Of a stretch of DNA of 64,000 nucleotides, positions 1 to 13,450 are shown piece by piece. Position 1 is the first letter of the stretch; every line of letters starts with the position of its first letter. Origin of the DNA: Nemertoderma westbladi (Eukaryota; Animalia; Xenacoelomorpha); assembly GCA_032718475.1 (NCBI GenBank), contig JAUCBJ010003016.1:17892-81891 (forward strand), given 5' to 3'. A program made the position numbers and the translations under genes. Under the pieces are notes generated by a model, which ran no database searches, had not been told where the DNA came from, and was given only the letters and a program-made list of their open reading frames with translations.

Positions 1-3000
1 ATTCGACCGGTTTCAGTCTGTCCGATATGGTGTCCCGTTCCCCAACCAGGGGGTCTGACAGACGCAATATTCCGTGGTTCCGTTTGGCGATGTTCCGTAG
101 TAAAGCCAGTTGGATTAAATCACAACGGAACGTTAATAGTTACAGTCCATTAGCTAGTAGCACTGATAGTCATATAAACGATACACTACAGAGCCAACAA
201 ATGGGAACTTAATAATAATAAAAAATATTAATAATAAAAAATATTAACACCGTACCAATACTATTATTAATTGCCGAAACAAATATGAGTGATCAGTGAT
301 GGATGTGATGATTTTCATTTTAAGTGTGGGATTTCAAACATTGTCTGTAAAATGTAACAGGTCCGGATGAGGCCTCAGACCAGAAGAACTGTTACACACT
401 ATAGCGAGCCGAACATGGCTAATTACTTGGTATTCGGTTGGTAGAGCGCTGGTATTGGAAACTACTGTAGCGGTCGGTCTCGTGGTACGTATTTTTACGC
501 TGGAGCCAGACATATTTATAACTAATAATTTTGATAACAAAATTATAATTTTGCAAATAAGGGGGGAGGAGAGGACTCTGGGGCAAATTGGACGCCACGC
601 CATCAATAACAACAGCTGACTCTCAAAATTACAACTGTATTCTATTAATTATATTTGAATTATAATTGATATATATTTATATCTTGAGTGTATCCTGTTG
701 GTTCTATTATTGTTTTGGAACTAGATAGAAATTCATGGGTCAAATGGCCGAATAATTGTCTTAATAATATATATTAAGATATTAAACCACACTTCACTGA
801 ACCCGGGTCGCTTTACATCACATCAGCAATGTTTTGTTTCGCGGTGGAGTTCACTTCTTTGATCGCAAATTTGCCCATTTCGTTTACCGCTGGTTGGGTT
901 ACTTAAATACCGAAAAAGGGAATTACCCTAATGGCACTTCAGGGACTTTGTCATAATTCGGTACGCGGTTCCCGAAACCTACCTCAGGAATGTAATCCCA
1001 GCCTCGGTTAATTTAGGATGGTGATACTGCCAGTTAGTAAATGGTTAGACGTTAGAAACCCAGCATGATACATGTATCTCGTATTGAGAAACGTCGACCA
1101 CAGACAGTACCTAACCCCCAGCCCCCCCATGCTGCAATTATTTTTCCGTGTTTCTCTGGAATTCAGTTACAGAGCGACTGAGATCGTGAAATCCCTGGGG
1201 GTTTTACCGTAATGTCACTGTGAGGTAGCGGATTACGCTAGCAGCATCTATAATGCCACACAAGCAGAAACTGTATCTATCAGAAAGTTTATTAGTAAGT
1301 AGATTTTACGCGCGGCTAGCATGGTCACCGGTCCTAATCAAATTGAGGCACAAAGGGAAAGTGATACAAATTGTGAGTGGAGAGCTTGGATTACAGAGAT
1401 AGGAATGTCAGCTATGGATAGCGAGCTGTCACCGAGATCCACTTCTAATAGTTTACGATTCATAGTTCATTGTGATAACCAGTTAGCTCTCAATTATTGA
1501 CATACAGAAATGCCATAATTGTAATATTTTACACAATAAATGTGTTAAGGTTGGAAATACATACTTGAAGAGCAGATGTGAATGTATAATGGGATCTATC
1601 TTTATTGCGTTACGGCACGAGTCATATAGAAACTAGTATTGTCACTGATTATAAGTTTCGTTTGTTGTTTTCGTTAGAGAACAGAGAACACCGTCCCTGT
1701 AACCCGATCCTTTTCCTTAAGGTTTTCAATTAAATTTGATAGATTTTTTAAACCCTCTATACACTTAGTTTGCGGTCATTTCTGCAAAAGCAAATCTAAT
1801 TTCATTCATTTGTTTTTAAGGTCAGGTAACTTATAGTATGTTTACGAGGACGCGGTAACATATACCGGTAATACACAGTAGTGGACAGCTGACATTATAG
1901 ACCTATGTTAGGGACCTCGTACTTGAAGACATGACAAACTGCGTTATAAAGTTCGAAAATATGACGCCTTAGGACTTTTTGGTAGTGCGAAATTATTTCC
2001 ACTGATAAATAATTATACTACAGAGAGTACTCACGGCGACTGTCTTTACTTGATACAAGTACCACCATCAGTAGGTCCCTCTGCCCCCACTACGATCATG
2101 TTCTTCTGTAATAATTCAATCGAAATAGAATATGAGTTTCTGTTTATTCTAATTTTTTATGGCTACCCTATTACATATTACTATACAGCAGCTACTCTGA
2201 TTATTTTTCGATGCTTTTTGTTTTCTTGTCATTTTTCCGAAGTTGGAATAAGTAGCCGGTTGACATGAGCGCTGCAGTGCATTATTAGACAGTTCCTATG
2301 GCTGCTCGCCTGCTCCCCTTGGGATCAATGGGTGGGGGGCACAGCTATGGAGAGGCGTGCGGTGCGGTATGTGAGTACCGTCACCAGCCGTACATAAAGA
2401 CAAGTATTTAAGAGCATAAATTAACATTCAGAAGCGTGACCTTTCACGAATTTCCTACTGTACGTTGTGATTGACGCATCTTAGAATGTAAGTTAAGAAT
2501 ACGTATTTTCTATATATTAATATATGAACCCCGGGTAATTCGGCAATACTATAAAATATATTTAATATTTAATTTGTAAAATAATATATGAGGTAGCTAG
2601 AGTTGATAAAGGGGTGCTCTGTGGGCAAGCAATGGCGTGGTATCCAGTAATGGCGTGTTTTGTTTGTAATGTAATATTTCTGTTTAAATAAAGTAGCACG
2701 ATATTAAATTACGACTCGAGTGGGAATATTTCCACCAACGAGTGTAAGCGAATTAGTGCAATATGAAACGAGAGCCTGAAAGTAAAATATGGGTACTTTA
2801 TTTCACACCGCAACATATACCGCCGCATAACCCATCATTCAGTTTATTTTATTTCACTGCGTATATCAAGCCGACTTATATAATAAATTGTATTTATTCG
2901 GTGATCAACATTGTATTCTAATATATATAAATCTGCTCAGTTTGTATGTACATTTGTATGTATGTATGTATGTATGTCCATCGATACACGTCGTCAGATT

Positions 3001-3630
3001 TCGCTCTCACTACTTGCTTTGTGGCTCATTCGATGCGTATTAACACGATGCAGACAGCTGTCACTGTCTCCGGGTTTTATTTTACACGTTTGTTTGCGTG
3101 AATGCGTATTTTGTGTTCGTTCGTGCGAAATTTATCGAATTATTTAGGTTCTTCTATCGGTAATTAATTATTTAGTAGGGTAACATTTATCCCATCTGGT
3201 ATAAAATTAACATGGGTAGATTTGCCATGTCCCATTCTCACAAAGTTTTTATTTTATTCGAGTGTTTAATATAAATATGTATGATTATTTATTGATTAAA
3301 AATCAAATAGTGTATAAATATGTCATATTCGCCAAGCACGATCGAATTGGCCTATTGTTAGTGAATAGGGAAGGATTTTTTTCTGTATCATAGCAACGTT
3401 AAGGTAATTATTGAACTCGCAGCTAGCTGGGCACAGATAAGGAGCAATCAGGCTGGAGTGTTGATTGGGGTGGGTTGTCTGTTGCGAAGTGCTCAAGAGT
3501 AATTCTGCTTTCTCAATCAATGGCTGCATGGAAGGAGAGGTTTATAACATTTTAGCTATTTTATTGTTTTACTGTAGTAAAGTGATTATTTCTGTAGGCC
3601 TTTTTACTGTATTATTATTATTTTATCTAA

Positions 3631-4406
3631 TCTAATATACCGGTATATAAAAATCAATTGTATGTGTGTCTGTTTGTCATCTGCTATACAATCAAACCCA
3701 TCTCGATGAAATCTCGCTCACTATAGCTTGTTAGAAAGGTCTCACCCTAACTCGTTGCAACGTAATATTCAGAGCCGTCTGAAGTTCCACCATCTGCCGC
3801 TTGAGGGTGAATTGTCTTAATTGAAAATCTTCTCTAACTTTGTTATTTACAATCTGTTTAGACTGAAACTTGGTAGGTATCTACTACAGCATAGGCTCAA
3901 TCTTTACAGAGTCGCTGAGTCGTCTATAGTTCCCCAGTCTTCAGCTAGAGGGCGAAATGTCTGAAAGTGAACATTTTCTCGAAATTTTGTTATTTACATA
4001 TTAAACTGCTGAAACTTGACAAGCAGGCATCTTACTTCACTTCACCATAAACTCCATCTTTACAGAACTGCAGCGCCATCTGCATTTCAGCAGTCGCAGT
4101 CTGCAGGTAGAGGGTAAAATGTCCGAAAGTGATCATTTTCTCGAAATTATGTTATTTACAATAAGCTGAAGCTAAAGTTGAAACTTGACAGTTATCTCCT
4201 ATGGGGCGGTGTTTTATTTTATGATGGTGTCTGTTTCGTTGTAGTTTTCCAATCTGCGACACATTTCTCTGTTTTCGTTAACCGTGGCATTAGACCCTTT
4301 CTACAGTCATTATCCCTGAAGTTACATTTCTCAACACATATTCATACTGTAAATCCTCTGCACGTGTACAAGAAAGCTGTGGCCCGAAGGGCCACAAGCT
4401 TTCTAG
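3631..4406 (+). mobile_element. Non-autonomous Helitron
   Basis: 5' a|TC start (tctaatatac) followed by a GT-rich microsatellite. The 3' end has the hairpin GTGGCCC-GAA-GGGCCAC and terminal CTAG|t at 4403-4407. Internal sub-repeats, no ORF. Confidence 0.7.
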
Positions 4407-5051
4407 TACCTCATATATTAATAGTCTACATATTTTTTTTTTTACTCATCTTTCCGGCACATTTATTTTATTAATAAATTTATTATAAAACCCGCCACCA
4501 GCTGACAAAACCTCTCACCTAGCAACCATAAAAACACAAATGTCTAACCTGCTGGCTATTTACCACACTGCAGTGCATGTGATAGTTTAATACTACAGTA
4601 CAGCAGCAATAGTCCTCCACGCAAACAGTCCTGGATCCATGTTCGCGTTCGCCAACAAGATAGATGCGTCAGCAACTGCCACCCACATTGGTCGTCTGTC
4701 AGCTGACCGGAACCCACGGAGAAACATCAGGGACGATCTCAGCAATGAAAAGTTGACGCGTCGTCGCACTTAGGAGACCGACTCGGAGTCGGAGTCGGAC
4801 TCGGAGTAGGAGACCATCCGCTTCTCTGCCAGTTTTGATGCCAGGCGTTTCACGAACTGCATATAATATTCCCTGAAACTGGTTCTTCGTAAGCTCTAAG
4901 ACCATCTTAATAACGATGGGGTGATGGTAACACCCCTACTAGCACAATAAGTAAAGGAAATCCCGTAAAGTACCTTACTGATGTATAATTTGCTGATAAC
5001 TTAGGGGTACTGCACTGTCAGAATCACTAGAAGGAGCCAATAGTCACCTTT

Positions 5052-5416
5052 TGCTCATTGGAGCAACGTTGCTTCTAGTGTTGGTCTTTTTGTAAACTCC
5101 AAGAAAGACCAAAATTTCCAATCAGACTCTATACAACATTGGAGTTGTTTCATTAGTCCCCCCCCCCCCCCCCCTAGCTTACCACTTTAACGCTTCCGCT
5201 TTGCAGGACATTGCTTTCGCCGTGTGCATAATGGATAGCCCGTGACTTTCTTGAGACGCCTCTAGGACTAGGAAACTAGCCTAGGAGATGCGGATGATCT
5301 TGTAAATGTCTTATTTGATAGAGAGTTGTGTTGGCGCAAATTTGTCGATAAGCCGATAGAGCAATCTTAATATTTATGTAATAATATATATAATCAGCAT
5401 GCCGATAGTAGTAGTA
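5052..5416 (+). mobile_element. Degenerate, internally deleted 3' fragment of the RTE LINE
   Basis: Matches pieces of 27140-27900 (gcttctagtgttggtcttttt, ccgctttgcaggacattgctttcgccgtg) and ends in cagcatgccgatagtagtagt. Confidence 0.85.
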
Positions 5417-7378
5417 CGTTAATTCCTCGAAACAACCTATTCACAACTTTGTATCACCCCAGAAATCGTCATCATACCGTCCTAATATAATAGAGAAACT
5501 TCCATAAACTTTCAACTTTTTTGACCCAACATGCTGTTTATTTCTTTGTACTTATTAATAGGGCCTACTATCATTATTGCTATTGACGATAATGATCACA
5601 TCGAAATACCTTTCACGTGTTCTCCCACCAAATTTTTAATAACACGTATTGTAACTCATTATAATAGCAAACATGGGCATTCGAGATATAAATAGAAGCA
5701 AACAGAAATATGGATGACTTCCTGTATACCCCAGTCCTCAATTAATTTACTCTGGGCAGAAGACTGTCCTGGACAAGGACAAGGCATGGACGCGCCTTCC
5801 AAACCTACAAAGATGGTTAAAACGAACTATCTTTGATTGGCAACTTAAATATAAGCTAAGTGTGATTGGAGTGGATTCTAAACCTTTGTCCCTCACTGAT
5901 AATTGTCTTGCATTACATTCCATGCTAACGTTCTGAATTTCAGAAATTCGATATGTTATGAAAGCATTAATTTGCGTGTAATTTTCCACGCCTCATCCAG
6001 GCGGTAGAACGATCGAAGTTTCGTGATGATGGCAACGGTGAATGGGAATGTGTTAGTACAAGTTTTACATTATTCGCTTTTATCACAAACTGATGAATAG
6101 AAGGTTCCAGATGGCTAATGTGAGGCCCAGAAAACAGTGAGGTCTTGACGTGTTAGGATAGGAAGAGTTTAAAGAGATGGACACTTCACAGGTTGTGTGT
6201 GGTAAATAGGATCCGTGCTGTCAGTGAATTAACACAATATTATATTGATTTTGTACCCGATGTAAGTCGAGAGAACTGTAAACTTTAAAATTATGTCACA
6301 TCAGGTCAGAATCGCCAGAGCGCTTGTTCCGCACATTCAGATAAAGCAGCAATAATATATTTAGAGTACCGAAGTGACTCCAACTATATAAGAGTGGAAC
6401 TATTAATTCGCACCATATTTACACAATTTGATACAAATCGCTACATCTATATATCAGCCAACAAAGTCCAAGTTGAATTTTAATTCACCGTTTGTATAAA
6501 AAAATAATGAACCAACGGAATGAGCCTGGGAGCAGCAGTAAAGGAACGCCTCATAAACCCCGATATTATCCAAATAGCCCAAAGGCATTCAAGCAACAAA
6601 CATGGCATCAGTAATCTGAACCCATTCGATGATAGTGAGAATAACCAGGTTCGGGGTGAACAAGATCTTTTGATAATGGGTTGACAGCGGTGATATTTAC
6701 TGGGAATTTTAACTCAAGTGGTTTTGTCGTCAAAGTGGGAACAGGTTAGAAAGCGAGCAACTAATTGTGTTGGCCCCTTTAGTTTATCTCCTTGCGGGCC
6801 AATGTGCAGCTTCAGTCGAGCAACTCGTATCACGTTAACAGGAAACCGTAGTTAACCTGCAAAGCTCCGACAACTCACGCCGACTGTACTTGGCCATTAT
6901 TATCGCCTCTACTGCCTATTATCGCTTCCATAAACTGTATTATATTCTAGGAAAATGTCAGGTTTTCCGAAATGAATGCGGCAGTATATTGAAGGTTAAC
7001 TCTTGGACGTCTATGGGAAAGTTACTAAACACAATTGAAAATACTACCAGTTCTGCTAAACTTACACGAAAGGATAGAAATATCTGCGTGAGATTCAATT
7101 GCGGCAGGCAAGTCATTATACATACATAGGTCTACACATAGACTACTAACACAATGGACAACATGCATTAGAATAATTGTCAGTTGATGTAGTTGAATTT
7201 ACACTGGCAGCTGAGAATGTAACAATCACAAATTCTATCAAAAAGAGGGTGAATATTGGCACTATGGACTCCTGCAGTGCGATACAATTAGCAGATTTAG
7301 TTTCAAAGTTACAGCTGGAAGTAAGTTTTTAAATAGCCTTTAAAATTCATCCAAAAAAAAATAAAAGAATTTAGAAGA

Positions 7379-7761
7379 AGAATGAGAATGAGAATGAGAA
7401 TGAGAATGAGAATGAGAATGAGAATGAGAATGAGAATGAGAATGAGAATGAGAATGAGAATGAGAATGAGAATGAGAATGAGAATGAGAAGAGAATGAGA
7501 ATGAGAATGAGAATGAGAATGAGAATGAGAATGAGAATGAGAATGAGAATGAGAATGAGATGAGAATGAGAATGAGAAAGAGAAAGAGAATGAGAATGAG
7601 AATGAGAATGAGAATGAGAATGAGAATGAGAAAGAGAAAGAGAAAGAGAATGAGAATGAGAATGAGAATGAGAATGAGAATGAGAATGAGAATGAGAATG
7701 AGAATGAGAATGAGAATGAGAAAGAGAATGAGAATGAGAAACAGAATGAGAATGAGAATGA
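7379..7761. repeat. (GAGAAT)n hexanucleotide microsatellite
   Basis: Direct inspection; some GAGAAA variants. Confidence 0.97.
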
Positions 7762-7994
7762 TAAAGGACATAATCACTCAAAAATCCAACCAATCAAAAT
7801 TAATGAAAAAAACCAAACCAAAAACTAAAAAAGAATAACCCAAGAAAAATGAAATATTTAAATTCCTCCTCAAATCAAAACCAATCAAACCATATGTACT
7901 AGATGTCCCTCTCTATCAAGAACTTGTAGACTTGACTTGACCAAAAGACTCCAGCTCAGTCACAATACACAATAAATACAGACAAAGAAATCCC

Positions 7995-9704
7995 CACAAT
8001 AAATACAGTTAGATCCCAGACGGCACACTGCACACTAAACACAGTTAGATCCCAGACGGCACAATATATACAGTTAGATCCCAGACGGCACAATAAATAC
8101 AGTTAGATCCCAGACGGCACAATATATACAGTTAGATCCCAGACGGCACAATAAATACAGTTAGATCCCAGGCGGCACAATAAATACTGTTAAATCCCAG
8201 ACGGCACAATAAATACAGTTAGATCTCAGACGGCACACTAAATACAGTTAGATCCCAGACGGCACAATATATACAGTTAGATCCCAGACGGCACAATAAA
8301 TACAGTTAGATCCCAGGCGGCACAATAAATACTGTTAAATCCCAGACGGCACAATAAATACAGTTAGATCCCAGACGGCACACTAAATACAGTTAGATCC
8401 CAGACGGCACAATATATACAGTTAGATCCCAGACGGCACAATAAATACAGTTAGATCCCAGACGGCACAATAAATACAGTTAGATCCCAGACGGCACAAT
8501 ATATACAGTTAGATCCCAGACGGCACACTAAATACAGTTAGATCCCAGACGGCACAATAAATACAGTTAGATCCCAGACGGCACACTAAATACAGTTAGA
8601 TCCCAGACGGCACACTAAATACAGTTAGATCCCAGACGGCACACTAAATACAGTTAGATCCCAGACGGCACACTAAATACAGTTAGATCCCAGACGGCAC
8701 ACTAAATACAGTTAGATCCCAGACGGCACACTAAATACAGTTAGATCCCAGACGGCACACTAAATACAGTTAGATCCCAGACGGCACACTAAATACAGTT
8801 AGATCCCAGACGGCACAATAAATACAGTTAGATCCCAGACGGCACACTAAATACAGTTAGATCCCAGACGGCACAATAAATACAGTTAGATCCCAGACTG
8901 CACAATAAATACAGTTAGATCCCAGACGGCACAATAAATACAGTTAAATCCCAGACGGCACACTAAATACAGTTAGATACCAAGACGGCACAATAAATAC
9001 AGTTAGATACCATGCGACACAATAAATACAGTTAGATCCTAGACGGCACACTAAATACAGTTAGATCCCAGACGGCACAATAAATACAGTTAGATCCCAG
9101 ACGGCACACTAAATACAGTTAGATCCCAGACGGCACAATAAATACAGTTAGATCCCAGACTGCACAATAAATACAGTTAGATCCCAGACGGCACACTAAA
9201 TACAGTTAGATCCCAGACGGCACAATAAATACAGTTAGATCCCAGACGGCACAATAAATACAGTTAGATCCCAGACGGCACACTAAATACAGTTAGATCC
9301 CAGACGGCACACTAAATACAGTTAGATCCCAGACGGCACAATAAATACAGTTAGATCCCAGACTGCACAATAAATACAGTTAGATCCCAGACGGCACAAT
9401 AAATACAGTTAAATCCCAGACGGCACAATAAATACAGTTAGATCCCAGGCGGCACAATAAATACAGTTAGATCCCAGACGGCACAATAAATACAGTTAGA
9501 TCCCAGACGGCACAATAAACACAGTTAGATCCCAGACGGCACAATAAATACAGTTAGATCCCAGACGGCACAATAAATACAGTTAGATCCCAGACGGCAC
9601 AATAAACACAGCTAGATCCCAGACGGCACACTAAATACAGTTAGATCCCAAACGGCACAATAAATACAGTTAGATCCCAGACGGCACAATAAATACAGTT
9701 AGAT
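7995..9704. repeat. 29-bp tandem minisatellite (CACAATAAATACAGTTAGATCCCAGACGG), roughly 58 copies
   Basis: Head-to-tail near-identical units with no spacers. Confidence 0.97.
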
Positions 9705-9739
9705 AATATGAGGCTGCTGGTGGCACAATATTAAATTTG

Positions 9740-11440
9740 GTGTTCTGTTGTTTTGTGGAAGATAGTGGTGTGGGGTGGTGTTTTGTGGAAGGTAGTGCTG
9801 TGTGCTGGTGTTTTGTGGAAGATAGTGGTGTGGGTAGTGTTTTGTGGAATGTAGTGGTGTGAGGTTGTTGTGTTTTGTGGAAGTGTTTAGTGGTGTCTGG
9901 GTGGTGTTTTGTGGAATGTAGTGGTGTGGGGTGTGGGTGGTGTTTTGTTGAAGGTAGTGGTGTAGGGTGGTGTTTTGTGGAAGCTAGTGGTGTGGGGTGG
10001 TGTTTTGTGGAAGGTAGTGGTGTGGGGTGCTGTTTTGTGGACGATAGTGGTGTGGGGTGTTGTTTTGTGGAAGGTAGTGGTGTGGGGTGGTGTCTTTTGA
10101 AAGGTAGTGGTTAGGGTGGTGTTTTGTGGAAAGTAGTGGTGTGGGGTGCTGTTTTGTAGAAGGTAGTGGTGTGGGGTGGTGTCTTTTGAAAGGTAGTGGT
10201 GTTGGTGGTGTTTTGTGGAAGGTAGTGGTGTGTGGTGCTGTTTTGTAGAAGGTAGTGGTGTGTGGTGGTGTCTTTTGAAAGGTAGTGATGTGGGTGGTGT
10301 TTTGGGAAGGTTGTGGTGTGGGGTGGTGTCTTTTGAAAGGTAGTGGTGTGGGGTGGTGTTTTGTGGAAGGTACTGGTGTGGGGTGGTGTCTTTTGAAAGG
10401 TAGTGGTGTGGGTGGTGTTTTGTGGAAGGTAGTGGTGTGGGTTGCTGTTTTGTAGAAGGTAGTGGTGTGTGGTGGTGTCTTTTGAAAGGTAGTGGTGTGG
10501 GGTGCTGTTTTGTAGAAGGTAGTGGTGTGTGGTGGTGTCTTTTGAAAGGTAGTGGTGTGGGTGGTGTGGGGTGCTGTTTTGTAGAAGGTAGTGGTGTGGG
10601 GTGGTGTCTTTTGAAAGGTAGTGGTGTGGGTGGTGTGGGGTGCTGTTTTGTAGAAGGTAGTGGTGTGTGGTGGTGTCTTTTGAAAGGTAGTGGTGTGGGT
10701 GGTGTTTTGTGGAAGGTAGTGGTGTGGGGTGCTGTTTTGTAGAAGGTAGTGGTGTGTGGTGGTGTCTTTTGAAAGGTAGTGGTGTGGGGTGCTGTTTTGT
10801 AGAAGGTAGTGGTGTGTGGTGGTGTCTTTTGAAAGGTAGTGGTGTGGGTGATGTTTTGTGGAAAGTAGTGGTGTAGACTGGAGTGGAATGGAGTGGTGTG
10901 GGTTGCTGTTTTGTAGAAGGTAGTGGTGTGTGGTGGTGTCTTTTGAAAGGTAGTGGTGTGGGTGGTGTGGGGTGCTGTTTTGTAGAAGGTAGTGGTGTGT
11001 GGTGGTGTCTTTTGAAAGGTAGTGGTGTGGGTGGTGTGGGGTGCTGTTTTGTAGAAGGTAGTGGTGTGTGGTGGTGTCTTTTGAAAGGTAGTGGTGTGGG
11101 TGGTGTGGGGTGCTGTTTTGTAGAAGGTAGTGGTGTGTGGTGGTGTCTTTTGAAAGTTAGTGGTGTGGGGTGCTGTTTTGTAGAAGGTAGTGGTGTGTGG
11201 TGGTGTCTTTTGAAAGGTAGTGGTGTGGGTGGTGTTTTGTGGAAGGTAGTGGTGTGGGGTGCTGTTTTGTAGAAGGTAGTGGTGTGTGGTGGTGTCTTTT
11301 GAAAGGTAGTGGTGTGGGGTGCTGTTTTGTAGAAGGTAGTGGTGTGTGGTGGTGTCTTTTGAAAGGTAGTGGTGTGGGTGATGTTTTGTGGAAAGTAGTG
11401 GTGTAGACTGGAGTGGAATGGAGTGGTGTGGGTGTGGGAG
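9740..11440. repeat. GT-rich composite minisatellite (~30-bp units, e.g. GAAGGTAGTGGTGTGGGGTGCTGTTTTGTA)
   Basis: Alternating related units with extreme G/T strand skew. Confidence 0.95.
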
Positions 11441-12527
11441 GAGTGCAGCGCAGTGGAATGGCTTCATCAAAGTAGCCAATGGACAATGAAATATTTTTAT
11501 TATTGGTGTTATTATTATTATTATTATTGCCGAAGGTATTGGCCAATAAAAAGTTATAAAGAAATCATGGAATATACTGTACAGTAGATAACGTATGGGA
11601 TGAGTAGATGGTTTATGGTGAAAGTAGACACAAATAAAATGGGAAATGAGTTTAATGGTTTGGTTAGAGGCACTGTCACTGACCTGCCGCTCTTTCCAAT
11701 AATGGCCCCTGGTACATTAAAATAAATTAAACAAAGGATTCTTATTTATGACGTATTCTCCACCGCCCCTCCACCCCATTTATTCCAAAATAGAGGTATT
11801 AATATCTGTGAGTTTTGGGTAGACCTTCTGATTCCTCTGACTTAAACAATTAACATAATAGGCTACATTATTCCTTACAATTGGTTAATATTACAATTTA
11901 TTATTGTAATTAAAAATAAATACAATATATATGAAAAGATTGCGGTTATCCAACTATATAGAATCATTATTATTAACTAAAATGTTTACGTTGAGTGACC
12001 TGCACAATCAAACGAAAGTATTAAGAAACATTTAATACATTTTATTGTATTGAATAAAATATTAAAGACAATAAATTATATTTATATATATATATTTAAT
12101 TAATTATTAATTGTTATTTCCCTGGGTCAATATTGTATATTAATTAGAATTAGAAATAATAATTCGTATTTTATTGTAGTACAGATACAGTTATAAGAAT
12201 ACTATATTAACACATGGTTTCCGGTTCCTTTCAGTCCTCTAGCGTGTAAACTTTTCTCAACAAAATTCCAAACTTTATATCCCTGTGGTTCTAAAAGAAC
12301 CTCAACAGCAGGTTTCGGCCATCGACAAACAAAAGGTCGCCTTCAAACAGCCTTCAGGCATTCGGATTGTTGTTGATGGCAAAATAAATAGTTGTGTAGA
12401 AACAGTTTTTATATTCTCTAACTTACCCAGCCGAGCCATCCATTGATTGCTCCATGTACTTTTTAGTTATGTAATTCGATTCTGATGCCAAATAACTTAA
12501 ATATATATAACAAAGCAAATAATATAT

Positions 12528-13450
12528 TTAATTATCCGGATATTTTATCCCGCAACTCCGGTCGAACTCCTCGAATTGAGCCTCCGGAGGTTCTTCTTCA
12601 CTCTCGTAGAGGAATGGAGCGTTGAGAAGAATGCCGCAGGCCCCCGAAATACAAACAATTATAAAAATATACAAAAATATCCGATCTAAAATCAACGCCA
12701 CGTATTTCCAATCGTCAACGGCGTTGTTAAAGTCATCCTCGTCCCGTATGTGTTTCGATATGTATTCGAGACAGTCGATAGTTTTCGCGATCTGAGTTGC
12801 GTTTCCGCGGGTTGTTGAGCGCTGCGACTGGCGTTGCGAGCAGCCGGGTTTGTTCCCGATCGACGAAGAACATTCGTCGGAGAGAACCAACCGATTATCG
12901 AACACAAACGTCGTCGTATTCACTTTAGATTTACGTTTAGAATTCGATTTTGTCGGTTTATTTTCCGCGGTTTCGAACAGCGAACATACCGGTGCCGGAG
13001 GTTTCAACGGTCGACTCATAAATACGAGTTTAGGGAGTTTTTGGAGGAATAGAGATCGCATCCATGGCGACATAACGTGAGTGCTCGGTGATCGGTGGTG
13101 GATGTTGAGGACGCCGACAGTGATAACGATGCTCATAGTTACCATAACCATGGTGAAGAGAAGGTAGTTCCCAATTAGCGGGACGACGTCCGAAGTGGCC
13201 GGGATAATCTCTGCGATAAGGAGAAGGAACACGGTGAGGGCTAAGAGCACCGAGATACACAAGTTGATCTTCTCGCCGCAGTCCGAAGGGAGGTAGAAGA
13301 CGAGGACAGTGAGAAAGGAGATGAGGAGACAGGGGATTATTAGGTTCACCGTGTAGAAAAGGGGCTTACGGATAAAGACAAAGTCGAACGTTACATCGAT
13401 GTAAGGAGTTGAACCGCAACACGAAGGGTATTTCTTAAAATTCTTTCGTC
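12528..13450 (-). CDS. Nicotinic acetylcholine receptor alpha subunit, exon 4 (loop C, TM1-TM4, stop)
   Basis: Acceptor ttgcag|GA at 13450 (phase 1). Encodes YPSCC vicinal cysteines, RKPLFYTVNLIIPC (TM1), LPSDCGEK, PLIGNYLLFTM (TM3) and DWKYVALILDRIF (TM4). Confidence 0.96.

Noticed and set aside
5700-7330. Possible decayed coding or transposon sequence
   Set aside because: No motif I could identify with confidence; needs a translated search.
7340-7838. Poly-IL/SH/MR ORFs
   Set aside because: Translations of (GAGAAT)n.
9875-11546. His/Thr/Pro-rich and Gly/Val/Cys-rich ORFs
   Set aside because: Translations of the GT-rich minisatellite on both strands.
12295-12365. Hammerhead-like fragments on the minus strand of the nAChR 3' UTR (CTGAAGG ... 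CCGAAAC)
   Set aside because: The core is not CUGANGA and helices I and III do not close.
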